This document shows, one piece after another, positions 24,968 through 33,827 of a DNA stretch of 35,673 nucleotides. Under the pieces are notes generated by a model. The model was not told the origin of the DNA, did not search any database, and saw only the letters and a list, made by a program, of their open reading frames with translations. The stretch comes from a virus. Every line of letters starts with the position of its first letter. Position 1 is the stretch's first letter. Location: positions 1-35,673 of the IMG/VR virus record IMGVR_UViG_3300045988_058856; one strand, given 5' to 3'. The translations under genes were made by a program, and so were the position numbers.

Positions 24968-27205
24968 TTATCCTTCTTGTTCAATTATACAAATCGCGAT
25001 CTCACCCGTAACGTTTTCCGTTACTTTCAGATACCCGCTACGCTTCGTTCCGGTGCTGTTGGCAGTGTATGTAATACTAACAGGTACAAGTCCCGCCGCG
25101 TCGCTATTAGGGGAAACCGCCACCCAAGACGGCTTCTCGGTCATCGCCCAACCGTTTGTAGATCCGCAAATTACCTGCCTAACAGTCCCGGACGTTTTCT
25201 GCGCGGTTACCTTTGTCGGATCCATGTTTATGCTAGTCGGCTTTCCGTCCTGATTAACGGTGACTACCGCGATCTGCTGCGTAACCTGATCATAGAACGT
25301 TATTGTCCCTGTTCTCGGATCGGTAGTAGTATTATCCCCGATCGTTAACGTCACGTTGGTCGTACCGATCGGCCCGTCGTATTGGCTGGGTGTGATCCAC
25401 GGGTCACGCTGCGAAATACTCCATGTACCAAAAGACGTCAGAGCAACCGTAACGGGGATATGAACGTACCCCGCGGCGATCGTAGACGGCGTGGAGGTTA
25501 TATTTTCTGTAACTCCTGCCTGCGCGATCGGTATCGTATAAGTAGCTGCGCCCGCCTTGCTCTTCAATACGATGTTACCCGTTCTAGCATCGCCGGTATT
25601 TGGGGCGATAGTTCCGTATACGTATTGTGTTCCGGCTTCTCCGATCCGGGTGTATATACTGTTATCAGACACCCCGATTTGCGCGGCTGTTGCGTCGTTA
25701 GGTGTGATATTTGACAGTGGCTCTCTCTGCAACCTAAAAATAGCATATACTGCTCCGCTTATATTTATGGTTTTAGTTTGATTCGCACCCGATATTAAAT
25801 TACTCCCTGAAATAAATGTCATATTCGCATCAAAAGCGTACATTGTTACGTTGAATCCGGGAACAAACGCCCTGATGAATACGGGTTTTCCGTATATAGG
25901 AATGAGGTTCTTCGATCTTATATAACTGTTAGACGTAAATTTCATGTCCTCATAAGACGTTCCGGGCGCGCCTGTTAGCCCGCCTTGCTCGAAATCGTTC
26001 GGCGTTAATGTTATCATATCACCAAACGAGAACCAATCAGGTTTACTCTGTACTTCCCATGCCGCATTGCTATAAATGTTGTTCCACATTCCTTCCATGT
26101 ATCTAGCTGACGCATTCTGCCACGGGTTTACCTGCGCACTGAATTGAATAGCGGGCGTAGGCGGTTGGTCCGGTGCTGGCGGGAACATGTAATTGTCTGT
26201 TAGCTCGGTTGTCCTGAAACGTACCTGTTGACGGTATGTCCTGGTACTGTTAGACCACCGCGCGCCGGTGTCGCCCATAACCTCGGCTCTAAACCGCTTG
26301 TTCTGGTATTGGTTTATGCCGGGAAGGTTCAAGTCAAACACGACGTTAGACGACACCAGCAACTCCTGGTAGACGTTATACCACTCTTCGCCGTACTCTA
26401 GGTTAATGGTTAGCTCCGCTTGTTCCGTCACGCCTCCACGTCCTCTAATAGGCGTGAACTTGTTAGACCAGAAATAGTCCTTGAACGCAGCCCAAAACCA
26501 CTGACCGTTCCGCATGTTCCATCTAGCGCGAAGGGCGCATTGCATACTCTCGTCATAAACAACGTCGGACATTAGGCGGTCTTCGTAGTTAATAACTTGA
26601 TCCAGTCCAGACCCCCAAACGTTCTTAATAGTAAGCTTCTTGATGTACGTAATATCTATTGTGTTTCCCAGCACGTAGGTAGTGGGAAAGATCGCGCTTG
26701 ACGGCGCTCCCGTTACGGGTTCTACCTCTACTTGGAACGCGTCTAGCGGATGAATCCGATAAGGGAAATATATGTCTAGCGTCTGGTTAGGTATGCGCGG
26801 TTTTGGTGGTTGGGGAAGCGCTCCGTCAACGCCCAAAGTGTCCCAATACGTCTCGTCACAATGGAAGACGGGAAGCGTTATGTGGTTCGCAAAGCTAGCG
26901 CTCCATATTGCTACCTCCTGTTGCGGGAACGCCGGATCGCCCTCTGATTTGTTACGGTCCGCCCGTGTTAGCAAGGGAGCTGCAAACGATAGGTCTAAAT
27001 ACACTTCCTCCTGGTAGGGGAACGTTATTTCCTTCTTGATCGCTCCGCCGTTTGATACACGGACATATACCGGGTACTCATTGCCGCTTATGAAGTCCGG
27101 CGTCACCCGGATCATCAAAGGGCGCGTAGCCCACACGGGTAACTGACCATTGTATGTCTGTCCGTCGCTTAGTGTTAAACCTGCTATCGGTATTTGTACA
27201 TTCAT
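24968..27205 (-). CDS. Tail fibre or receptor-binding protein with C-terminal BACON-like repeats
   Basis: 745 aa. aa 397-515 share a module with the 792-aa protein. aa ~565-653 and 655-745 fit the BACON-like pattern (W..S....W......G......T....N.....R.G.I.........V.Q.G). Confidence 0.6.
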   Translation of the reverse strand: MNVQIPIAGLTLSDGQTYNGQLPVWATRPLMIRVTPDFISGNEYPVYVRVSNGGAIKKEITFPYQEEVYLDLSFAAPLLTRADRNKSEGDPAFPQQEVAIWSASFANHITLPVFHCDETYWDTLGVDGALPQPPKPRIPNQTLDIYFPYRIHPLDAFQVEVEPVTGAPSSAIFPTTYVLGNTIDITYIKKLTIKNVWGSGLDQVINYEDRLMSDVVYDESMQCALRARWNMRNGQWFWAAFKDYFWSNKFTPIRGRGGVTEQAELTINLEYGEEWYNVYQELLVSSNVVFDLNLPGINQYQNKRFRAEVMGDTGARWSNSTRTYRQQVRFRTTELTDNYMFPPAPDQPPTPAIQFSAQVNPWQNASARYMEGMWNNIYSNAAWEVQSKPDWFSFGDMITLTPNDFEQGGLTGAPGTSYEDMKFTSNSYIRSKNLIPIYGKPVFIRAFVPGFNVTMYAFDANMTFISGSNLISGANQTKTINISGAVYAIFRLQREPLSNITPNDATAAQIGVSDNSIYTRIGEAGTQYVYGTIAPNTGDARTGNIVLKSKAGAATYTIPIAQAGVTENITSTPSTIAAGYVHIPVTVALTSFGTWSISQRDPWITPSQYDGPIGTTNVTLTIGDNTTTDPRTGTITFYDQVTQQIAVVTVNQDGKPTSINMDPTKVTAQKTSGTVRQVICGSTNGWAMTEKPSWVAVSPNSDAAGLVPVSITYTANSTGTKRSGYLKVTENVTGEIAICIIEQEG

Positions 27206-27651
27206 TATTTAATATTTAAAGTGTCAATAATAGCGTATCTAATTATAGTTACTATCTCGTTTTGCAACTTTAGCACCCTGGCCGGGTTAAGCACATCAGA
27301 TACCACGCCGCCCGGGTTGTGCTTGTTGGGAACTTTTATCCCCATTTCCCCAATAGCTTTCGCGATCGGATACGCGGCGGATAACGGTATGGTAGCTCCC
27401 TGCTTGTTCTTGTCCTCGATCCATTTACGGATGATCCAAAGCGGCGGGCGTTTTCCCGCAATGCGTCCGCCCTCCATAGCCCCGACATATCGCGGCGCGG
27501 TGATTTTGGCGTTATTACCCCCTACGACTAACTTTAGCTCCTTGGCGAAGTTGCCCGACGCCATAAGCCCTTTGGCTTTATAAGAGGCTTCTATGTCGTC
27601 CCGTAGCTTGGTTAACAGGACCTCAATTTCTAACATTGCGTTTCGTGCCAT
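27205..27651 (-). CDS. Small virion protein, possibly HK97 gp10-like head-tail/tail-completion (148 aa from ATG 27651)
   Basis: The tracked start 27654 is GTG. ATG 27651 gives a TGATG overlap with the upstream stop. The functional call is weak. Confidence 0.4.
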   Translation of the reverse strand: MARNAMLEIEVLLTKLRDDIEASYKAKGLMASGNFAKELKLVVGGNNAKITAPRYVGAMEGGRIAGKRPPLWIIRKWIEDKNKQGATIPLSAAYPIAKAIGEMGIKVPNKHNPGGVVSDVLNPARVLKLQNEIVTIIRYAIIDTLNIK

Positions 27652-28049
27652 CACTCGGATAAATTAAGGGTTATCTCCCAACCTGATTTGGGACTGTCGT
27701 ATATGTTTTGGCGCTTGGTTACCGCTGCGCCCTCGGACTCATAGAGGCAAACCGCTTTTTTCGCTATGTCGGTTATCACTGTAAACGTCCGATCCAGTAC
27801 GTCAATCTCTTCCATATCGTCACGCTCGTAGAACGATGTGCCCAGTACCTGGATAAGTACGGAGATCGAGAACGTTTCGGCGGCGTAGTCGTTATAGTCT
27901 TGACGCCCGCCCGGAATGTCCACAAAGATAAAATCACCCGTTATATCGTTCGCCAGTCGATTACGTGTGGATTCATCTCCGAAGAATACGGGAAGCGCGT
28001 GTTGCGCCCCCCATGTTCCAACCTGATCCAATATCCCTTTAAAAGTCAT
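27651..28049 (-). CDS. Small virion protein (132 aa)
   Basis: ATG ORF in the structural block. Overlaps the 792-aa gene by 11 nt. Confidence 0.5.
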   Translation of the reverse strand: MTFKGILDQVGTWGAQHALPVFFGDESTRNRLANDITGDFIFVDIPGGRQDYNDYAAETFSISVLIQVLGTSFYERDDMEEIDVLDRTFTVITDIAKKAVCLYESEGAAVTKRQNIYDSPKSGWEITLNLSE

Positions 28050-30417
28050 ATTGCGTTTTTACGTTATTGTCGTACTCGGGCGCGTCATGCGAAGCAATTA
28101 CACGTTTGCCCGTCCACGTTTTAATAGACGTAGACACGTAATCACCGCATAGAGTTATGTCCCCCACCAAGGTTATAGAGGTGTTTATTACCGCATTATC
28201 TTTAACGGTAATGACACCCGCACTCGCACCTGATAAATTGCCCGCTGCTGTTATTGTAGCGTTATCCCTCATAATCAAAGTGGGAACTATAGATCTAAGT
28301 TCCCCTAGTACCTTAGAATTGTCGTACATAAACGCCTTCAAGCCATTGGAAGCTAGCGAAGCGGTAGAGTTGTACACGGCGTTACCCTCCATAACAAGGC
28401 TTGTAAATGTTTGTACGTTTTCGGAAGTCTTAGTGCATAACGTATTATCCTTCATATAGGCGTAACCATTTACAGCCATTCCCGACATAACGCAGTTACC
28501 GCCAAAGTAGCCTGCTCCCACTACGCTAGCATTGACAAGTGTAGCGTTATCCTCTACTCTGATATTGCCCTTCATGTTAATCGCCGTTTCTCCTGTGTTC
28601 ACGATCTTACAACCGTTGTACACCGTTACGGTTACTCCTGCAAGGTCTTCGGGTGTGATGGCAGCGTCCCCCGTTTTACGGAACATTATGTAAGCATACG
28701 ATTTTGTTAGTTGTATGGCTGGAACTATAGTGCTTCCGGCGTACCAGTCCCCTAAGGCTGCATAATTACCCAATCTGTCAAAGTAGACTATGCGCGCTTC
28801 TAATCCCGCCGGGACATTTTGAACACCAATACCATTAGCCCCGTTAAGCCTAAAGTATTTTTCGGTCCGTACACGTGCAGAGTCTGTACTAGGCACAGGT
28901 GGCTGTCCCGCTGTGATCACGAAGCCTCCTTGTACCGCTATAGGTTGAACGTTCAGAACCTGTGCCATTGGATGGCTACGTACTTTGTTACCGAACACGT
29001 TCGTACCTGCAATGTCAAAAACCCCGCTAAAATATGCATCTTTGTAAATGGTTGTGCCATAAGAGTTTGCAGTGCTCACCATGCGTAGAGACTTAACACT
29101 ATCGTAGCTCTCAACTAGACCGCCGATCACGCCCGAAGCGGGTGCAGCCACCCGATACATCCCCTCAACTTCTGAACTAGCAAGTATTTCACCGGATGCG
29201 ATAGATTTACCCAAATCCGCGCTAGCCTTCGCAAAATCAATGTTCTTGTAAGTGTTGGCGATCTGTGCGTGATGATAGAATACGCCGTTCGGGACGTTAC
29301 AACCTTGGAAGATGAAAGGCATGTTAGCCGATAAGGCTGCCGCCAGTCCCGGAAAGTTCGTGATGTTCACTACCATGTTGTCACAGTCGTACGCCTGAAT
29401 CAGTGAACGCACCTTTGTTGACCTGCCAGGTGCCGATAAACTATCAAACACTAAGTTTTTAACGTTGGAATACCTTCCGACTATATGAATATTCGAAGAT
29501 GTTATATCTATTTTAGCACTTACGTTTGAAAATTCAGCCAATAATGTGACGGTTCTGTTATTCGTAGCGTTCGTTATTATAGATACCTTCGAATTTTGCA
29601 TAACGCTATCGGGGTATTTTGCTCCCGACAACATGGTATAAGTTCCGCCCGGCCTAATGGTCGCAATCGCCGCGCTAGTCGCCGGGCCAACTTCTAACCG
29701 TGAATCAATGACGGAAAGTTTAGTTTCATAAGTGCCTGTAAACGTGATTTGTGCGGCTGTCGCGTCTGCCGGAACGATTGCCGCGATAGGGTCTTTAGCA
29801 AGTCTAAACACGAAAGAGTGACAAGCCGGGACAACCGTAGTGATGCCTCCACCTGAAATAATATCACCACCATAAGCTATTACATTGCTGTCACGGTCTA
29901 ATGCAAACCAATTAAGCTTGTAGCCCGGTACGTCTAACTTCAATGTCTTAGGCGCACCGCCCGCGAATATAGGTTTAACGGTTCTTATATAGTTTGGGCT
30001 GATTACTTTCCAGTTCTCCCAATTAGTCCCTATTGGACTGGTGTACCCAAATCCACCTTGCTCGAAGTCAGAGGCCGTTAGCACCACCGCGTCCGCCGCT
30101 GTTTGCTCTGACTCGAAAAATAGTTTGCTACCCACTACGACACTAGACCCTAGAATGTCTACGGCGGGTGCGCCTGTGGTGCTTAATGCCGCTTCTCCTA
30201 CATCTACGATCGAATCCCCCCCAATGCGTGCACCGGGGAAACCGAAGTTGCCCCTAAACAGCCAGCACGCGCCGTCCTGTGATAATGTCTTCTCGTCGTA
30301 CACGATGCCGCCCACGTCGCCAATATTGACGTATCGGTCCTGCACCCGCCACGAACGAAGGGCGCGTACTCTCTTGTCGCTCCCTACTGTAATGATTTCA
30401 TACTTCTTTAATCCCAT
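28039..30417 (-). CDS. Tail spike or fibre protein with beta-helix-like repeats and two copies of a shared binding-like module
   Basis: 792 aa. The C-terminal third has repetitive short beta-strand periodicity (NAVYNST..DNSKVLG..DNATITAAG..DNAVINTS). Shared modules at aa 112-228 and 491-602. Confidence 0.6.
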   Translation of the reverse strand: MGLKKYEIITVGSDKRVRALRSWRVQDRYVNIGDVGGIVYDEKTLSQDGACWLFRGNFGFPGARIGGDSIVDVGEAALSTTGAPAVDILGSSVVVGSKLFFESEQTAADAVVLTASDFEQGGFGYTSPIGTNWENWKVISPNYIRTVKPIFAGGAPKTLKLDVPGYKLNWFALDRDSNVIAYGGDIISGGGITTVVPACHSFVFRLAKDPIAAIVPADATAAQITFTGTYETKLSVIDSRLEVGPATSAAIATIRPGGTYTMLSGAKYPDSVMQNSKVSIITNATNNRTVTLLAEFSNVSAKIDITSSNIHIVGRYSNVKNLVFDSLSAPGRSTKVRSLIQAYDCDNMVVNITNFPGLAAALSANMPFIFQGCNVPNGVFYHHAQIANTYKNIDFAKASADLGKSIASGEILASSEVEGMYRVAAPASGVIGGLVESYDSVKSLRMVSTANSYGTTIYKDAYFSGVFDIAGTNVFGNKVRSHPMAQVLNVQPIAVQGGFVITAGQPPVPSTDSARVRTEKYFRLNGANGIGVQNVPAGLEARIVYFDRLGNYAALGDWYAGSTIVPAIQLTKSYAYIMFRKTGDAAITPEDLAGVTVTVYNGCKIVNTGETAINMKGNIRVEDNATLVNASVVGAGYFGGNCVMSGMAVNGYAYMKDNTLCTKTSENVQTFTSLVMEGNAVYNSTASLASNGLKAFMYDNSKVLGELRSIVPTLIMRDNATITAAGNLSGASAGVITVKDNAVINTSITLVGDITLCGDYVSTSIKTWTGKRVIASHDAPEYDNNVKTQYDF

Positions 30418-30421
30418 AACG

Positions 30422-31102
30422 TTATGATTTATAATGTTTCTTCATCTCTGCTTTCTGTTTCTCGTTCTCTTCGTGACGCTTTGAAAGCGCTAGCATAGCA
30501 TCTAGATAATTGATCCGCTTTGCCTCCTCGAACGTGCATTTGAACAATTCCGCCGTAGCCTGTACAAGTGTCAACACGTTCTTTGCCTCCTTGATCGGAT
30601 CATCTTCCGGCGTGCTCCCTGCATCGAAAGGGAACAGGCGTTTTTCCAGTCCGTTCGCGATCTCGATCTGTTCCTTGATATACTTCATAGCACACAGCAA
30701 ATGGTAGATGTTATCCGGCGCGTATTCGCTCGGCTCATGTTCGATCGGCGTGCACCACTTCGTCACCTTCTCGCTTGCTGTCTCCGACCGCCTAGCCTCG
30801 ATAACCTGCCATAGCGTTACATCCTCGATCCGCGGTATGCGGTACACGAGCTTTCGGTTTTTAACGATAAAAGGGTCGCCCTTGACGTACTCCGCCACCG
30901 CGTTTAATGTCGCTGCTTGGTCGGAAGTTAGGGCGCCCTTGTAATTCGGATGCAAGTTACAAATAAATTCCAATTGCTTGGCGTTGTAACGCCTACATAT
31001 TTTCCACCACAAGCGGCGGAAGACGTTTTTAACCTTCCCCCGCCAGTCGGTTCGCTCGTTCAATATCAACCATTCCACGCCATAAAACGCTGTCTTACTC
31101 AT
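30422..31102 (-). CDS. Hypothetical protein (226 aa from ATG 31102; the tracked start 31108 is TTG)
   Basis: ORF between the terminase genes and the spike gene. No motif recognised. Confidence 0.55.
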   Translation of the reverse strand: MSKTAFYGVEWLILNERTDWRGKVKNVFRRLWWKICRRYNAKQLEFICNLHPNYKGALTSDQAATLNAVAEYVKGDPFIVKNRKLVYRIPRIEDVTLWQVIEARRSETASEKVTKWCTPIEHEPSEYAPDNIYHLLCAMKYIKEQIEIANGLEKRLFPFDAGSTPEDDPIKEAKNVLTLVQATAELFKCTFEEAKRINYLDAMLALSKRHEENEKQKAEMKKHYKS

Positions 31103-31253
31103 ATTCAATCAATTCTATTTCTTCGTAATAATACCATTCCTCAACGTTCGATCCGTCCCACTGTACGACCACTCCCGGCACCTCAACGTCTGTGACTGTC
31201 CCGGTGTTTCCGGCGTAATCGTATTTAATGCGTACCCGATCGTCCACTCTCAT
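31095..31253 (-). CDS. Putative 52-aa small protein
   Basis: ATG 31253, 9 nt after the terL stop. MRVDDRVRIKYDYAGNTGTVTDVEVPGVVVQWDGSNVEEWYYYEEIELIEYE. Below the ORF-track cutoff. Confidence 0.35.
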   Translation of the reverse strand: MRVDDRVRIKYDYAGNTGTVTDVEVPGVVVQWDGSNVEEWYYYEEIELIEYE

Positions 31254-31262
31254 GCTGCAAAT

Positions 31263-32435
31263 CTAATCATTTCTCGCGTACTTCGGGCGGTATTTACGTA
31301 TAAGATAGTCAACGCCGTAGCGCACCGCATCCAATGCATGGTTATAAGCGTCTACCGGCTCGTTCGTATACGTGTCGGTCAGGTTGTCCTTGACGTAGGT
31401 GTAATTGTCCGCCTCGTCCAGTACGTTAGTACTCCGCTTCGTTACGAACAGATTGAACTGCTTCACCTGCTGGATGCCCGCCCTTATCGATCCCTTTCCC
31501 TTGATGCAGGGGATCGTGTTACAGCCTAGGCCGCGTAGCTCTATGATAGACTTCTGCTCGGCGTTGTCGCATACCGTAATGGTACGGTCCAGTCTTTCCG
31601 CCTTAAGGCGTTCGGCGATCGTGCGGTTCAGCATCTTCGTCTGATAACAAACCTCGTCTATATACAAGTTCATTCCCCGCATGTAGATTTTGACAATAGC
31701 GGTCGGGTCGTTCTGGAAGCCAAAATCAAGCCCTGTGACGAACTTTACGTCCTCACCCGTTAAATCCTCCGGCAGCGCCTCGATCGTCTCAATTTGGGGG
31801 TATACAAGCCCTTCCAGCCCGCCCGTCAGTCCTTCACCGTAGACGCGCCACCAATTGGCATCCTTTGCGTTCCGTTCGATCGCCTCAACCTGCTGCTTCG
31901 ATAAGTACGGGTTGTCCTTATAGGTTGAATGGATCGTGACGTACTTGTCCCCTACGAAGTCCGTCTCGCCCCAGAAGCGGCGTACCGGGTTAAAGTCGAT
32001 GATAACCTTAAGCGTGGTACGTACGTCCAACTGACGAAAGATTTCGCGGGGTATGCGCTGCGCCTCATTGATGAAAAGAATGTCACGTGCAGGGCCGTGA
32101 ACCTTTGACGCGTTATCACACCCGAAGAATTCGATACACACGCCCGGTTTAACCGTGTAGATCATATCAGACTTGTTGAGGGCGTTATCGTCCCAAAGTC
32201 CCTCGTCCAGTAACATGTTTTGGAAGTCACGGAACATACCGCGCTTCACGGCGGGGAGCGTGTCCGTAACGCATGAGATCATCAGGGGGTCGGGGCTTTC
32301 CCTCGCCACGAGATAAAGGAGCTGTAACACGCTCCACGTCTTAGAGGAACGCGTACCGCCTTTGCTCGCGATCCCTCTTATGTTCGGGTCGACAAAATGA
32401 TCTATCATCTTATTGAAGACATAGGTACAATTCAT
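31263..32435 (-). CDS. terL: Terminase large subunit (PBSX/Terminase_3-like)
   Basis: 390 aa. Walker A-like SKGGTRSSKTWS, Walker B-like DILFINEA, nuclease-half motifs GLDFGFQNDPTA and NHALDAVRY. Confidence 0.9.
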   Translation of the reverse strand: MNCTYVFNKMIDHFVDPNIRGIASKGGTRSSKTWSVLQLLYLVARESPDPLMISCVTDTLPAVKRGMFRDFQNMLLDEGLWDDNALNKSDMIYTVKPGVCIEFFGCDNASKVHGPARDILFINEAQRIPREIFRQLDVRTTLKVIIDFNPVRRFWGETDFVGDKYVTIHSTYKDNPYLSKQQVEAIERNAKDANWWRVYGEGLTGGLEGLVYPQIETIEALPEDLTGEDVKFVTGLDFGFQNDPTAIVKIYMRGMNLYIDEVCYQTKMLNRTIAERLKAERLDRTITVCDNAEQKSIIELRGLGCNTIPCIKGKGSIRAGIQQVKQFNLFVTKRSTNVLDEADNYTYVKDNLTDTYTNEPVDAYNHALDAVRYGVDYLIRKYRPKYARND

Positions 32436-33142
32436 TTCTTCTCCTCCTCGCCCTTATGGTCCTTCTTGAAATCTTTCAGTTTCCCCATCCTCGCGGACGC
32501 TTTCGGATCGGTGACGTTAACCGTCAAGCCGCCCTTGATACTCTCGCCGTTGGACGTGTAGTCCATCTGCATCTTGATCCCTCGTAGTGCCCTGATATAT
32601 TGCGCGTCGAACTGCCCGACGCTCGCACCCTGATCCATGTCCGCCGCGATCTCGGCGCGTATGCGGTCTATCGTATCTACGAAGTCCTTGCAAACCGATA
32701 AGCCGAACTCCTCGAAGTTCTTCATGTAGGTCTGCCTCCGCTCTGATATATAAGATACGGACGCCCCCAGGAAAGCCGTAAACTCACTTTCGCTTTGCAA
32801 GTGCTTCTTCGGCACTTCATAGAGCGTCCCGGCGGCCGGGCCGGACTTTATCGCCTCGTACACTATAACGGGCGTGGCCTCGCACCAAGCCGCGTAAATG
32901 GCATAGGCTTCCCATAGCTCGGCGGGGTCCTGCCAGACGGGCGTTTTACCGAACCGGCGCGTAGCCAGCTGGTAACAACGGGTGCACTCGAACGAATCAG
33001 AGAGGTATTGCGTAGTCGCGTACATAGGTTTTAGAGCACGAGCGCCACACGCCGCTTTAATTCGCTCCTCCGCTACGGGCTTCTCCTTTGGAAGCTCCAC
33101 GGGCTTCGTGGTTTCTGTTATTTGTTTCTTCTTTGTAGCCAT
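32432..33142 (-). CDS. terS: Terminase small subunit candidate
   Basis: 236 aa, ATGA-coupled to terL. Basic N-terminus, PAELWEAYAIYAAWCE motif and HTH-like FTAFLGASVSYISERR. Confidence 0.55.
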   Translation of the reverse strand: MATKKKQITETTKPVELPKEKPVAEERIKAACGARALKPMYATTQYLSDSFECTRCYQLATRRFGKTPVWQDPAELWEAYAIYAAWCEATPVIVYEAIKSGPAAGTLYEVPKKHLQSESEFTAFLGASVSYISERRQTYMKNFEEFGLSVCKDFVDTIDRIRAEIAADMDQGASVGQFDAQYIRALRGIKMQMDYTSNGESIKGGLTVNVTDPKASARMGKLKDFKKDHKGEEEKK

Positions 33143-33166
33143 ATAATTTTATTTTACATTCCTGTA

Positions 33167-33194
33167 CAAAAGTAATCATTTCACCCGTCTCAAA
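33167..33194 (-). promoter_or_regulatory. Late-block promoter candidate P_B
   Basis: TTTG (33194..33191), a 16-nt spacer (shorter than the 18-19 nt seen in the early promoters), then TActTTTG (33174..33167). It lies 25 nt upstream of the terS ATG. Confidence 0.4.
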
Positions 33195-33275
33195 CGCCCT
33201 GTACGCCTACATAATCCGTAAAATTCGCTCTAACTGATTCAAACACAGCACTTTAGCTAAATAGGCCGTTTTTAG

Positions 33276-33653
33276 TGTAAAAGATAGAATTATACCATCT
33301 TTTACACCCTAACTAATTGCGTATCAGTGAGTTACAGGCAAAAAACGGCTAATGTAAAAGATGAAACATACTTTCTCTATTAGTTCTAAAATAAAAAAAA
33401 AGACGAAATAAATTATTTAAAATAACAATAGTATATTTATGTTAACTATATTTCTTCTTTTTAAAAGGTACTCTATAGTAATCATCTTTACATCTTTTAC
33501 AAACAGTATATATTACAGTATAAAGTATTATAAATAAGCAAGTTAGGTGTAAAAGATACAAATTTTAATCTTTTACATCAAAAACTTGAAAAGTGCGTTC
33601 TGCGTCCTGTGAGTGTGGTAGGTGTAAAAGATGAAAGGTGATTTGTAAAAGAT
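33276..33653. repeat. Iteron array B: same eight-box syntax as array A
   Basis: Forward boxes at 33276, 33353, 33548, 33623 and 33644. Reverse boxes at 33297, 33492 and 33568, plus a degenerate copy at 33484. The 32-nt block 33547-33578 is identical to 13331-13362. AT-rich core about 33363-33483. Confidence 0.85.
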
Positions 33654-33782
33654 GTATTTGACTACTTTTTTGTCAAAAACACGCTTTTTAGTTAAAATAC
33701 CGTTAAATTCAAACATTTTCTCTAAAAAGTTTTCTCTCACAAAGTTTTTTCCGAAGTGCGTCAGAAGCATGTTAACAATTTT

Positions 33783-33819
33783 AACACAAAAAGGGATTAA
33801 CGTTTTTATACATTAACCC
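33783..33819 (-). terminator. Rho-independent terminator ending the early block
   Basis: Coding strand reads GGGTTAATG-N8-CGTTAATCCC (9 bp including one G-U pair, with one bulged nt) followed by TTTTTGTGTT. The stem starts 8 nt after the stop at 33828. Confidence 0.55.
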
Positions 33820-33827
33820 CTCAATCC

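Noticed and set aside
24947-25348. Plus-strand ORFs antisense to the fibre, spike and tail genes (for example 24947..25348, 27194..27583, 27708..28124, 30041..30427)
   Set aside because: They lie entirely within, or bridge, well-supported minus-strand genes. They have no recognisable motifs, and some have non-ATG starts.
25661-30084. Diversity-generating retroelement (template/variable repeat) as an explanation for the shared module in the two tail proteins
   Set aside because: No reverse transcriptase gene is present in the genome. The copies are diverged paralogues at the protein level, not near-identical nucleotide repeats differing mainly at adenines.
33573-33770. Minus-strand ORF of 65 aa lying in array B and the adjacent spacer
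   Set aside because: Same reasoning as for 12970..13197. The equivalent part of array A begins 9 nt after a gene stop and has no room for a homologous ORF.
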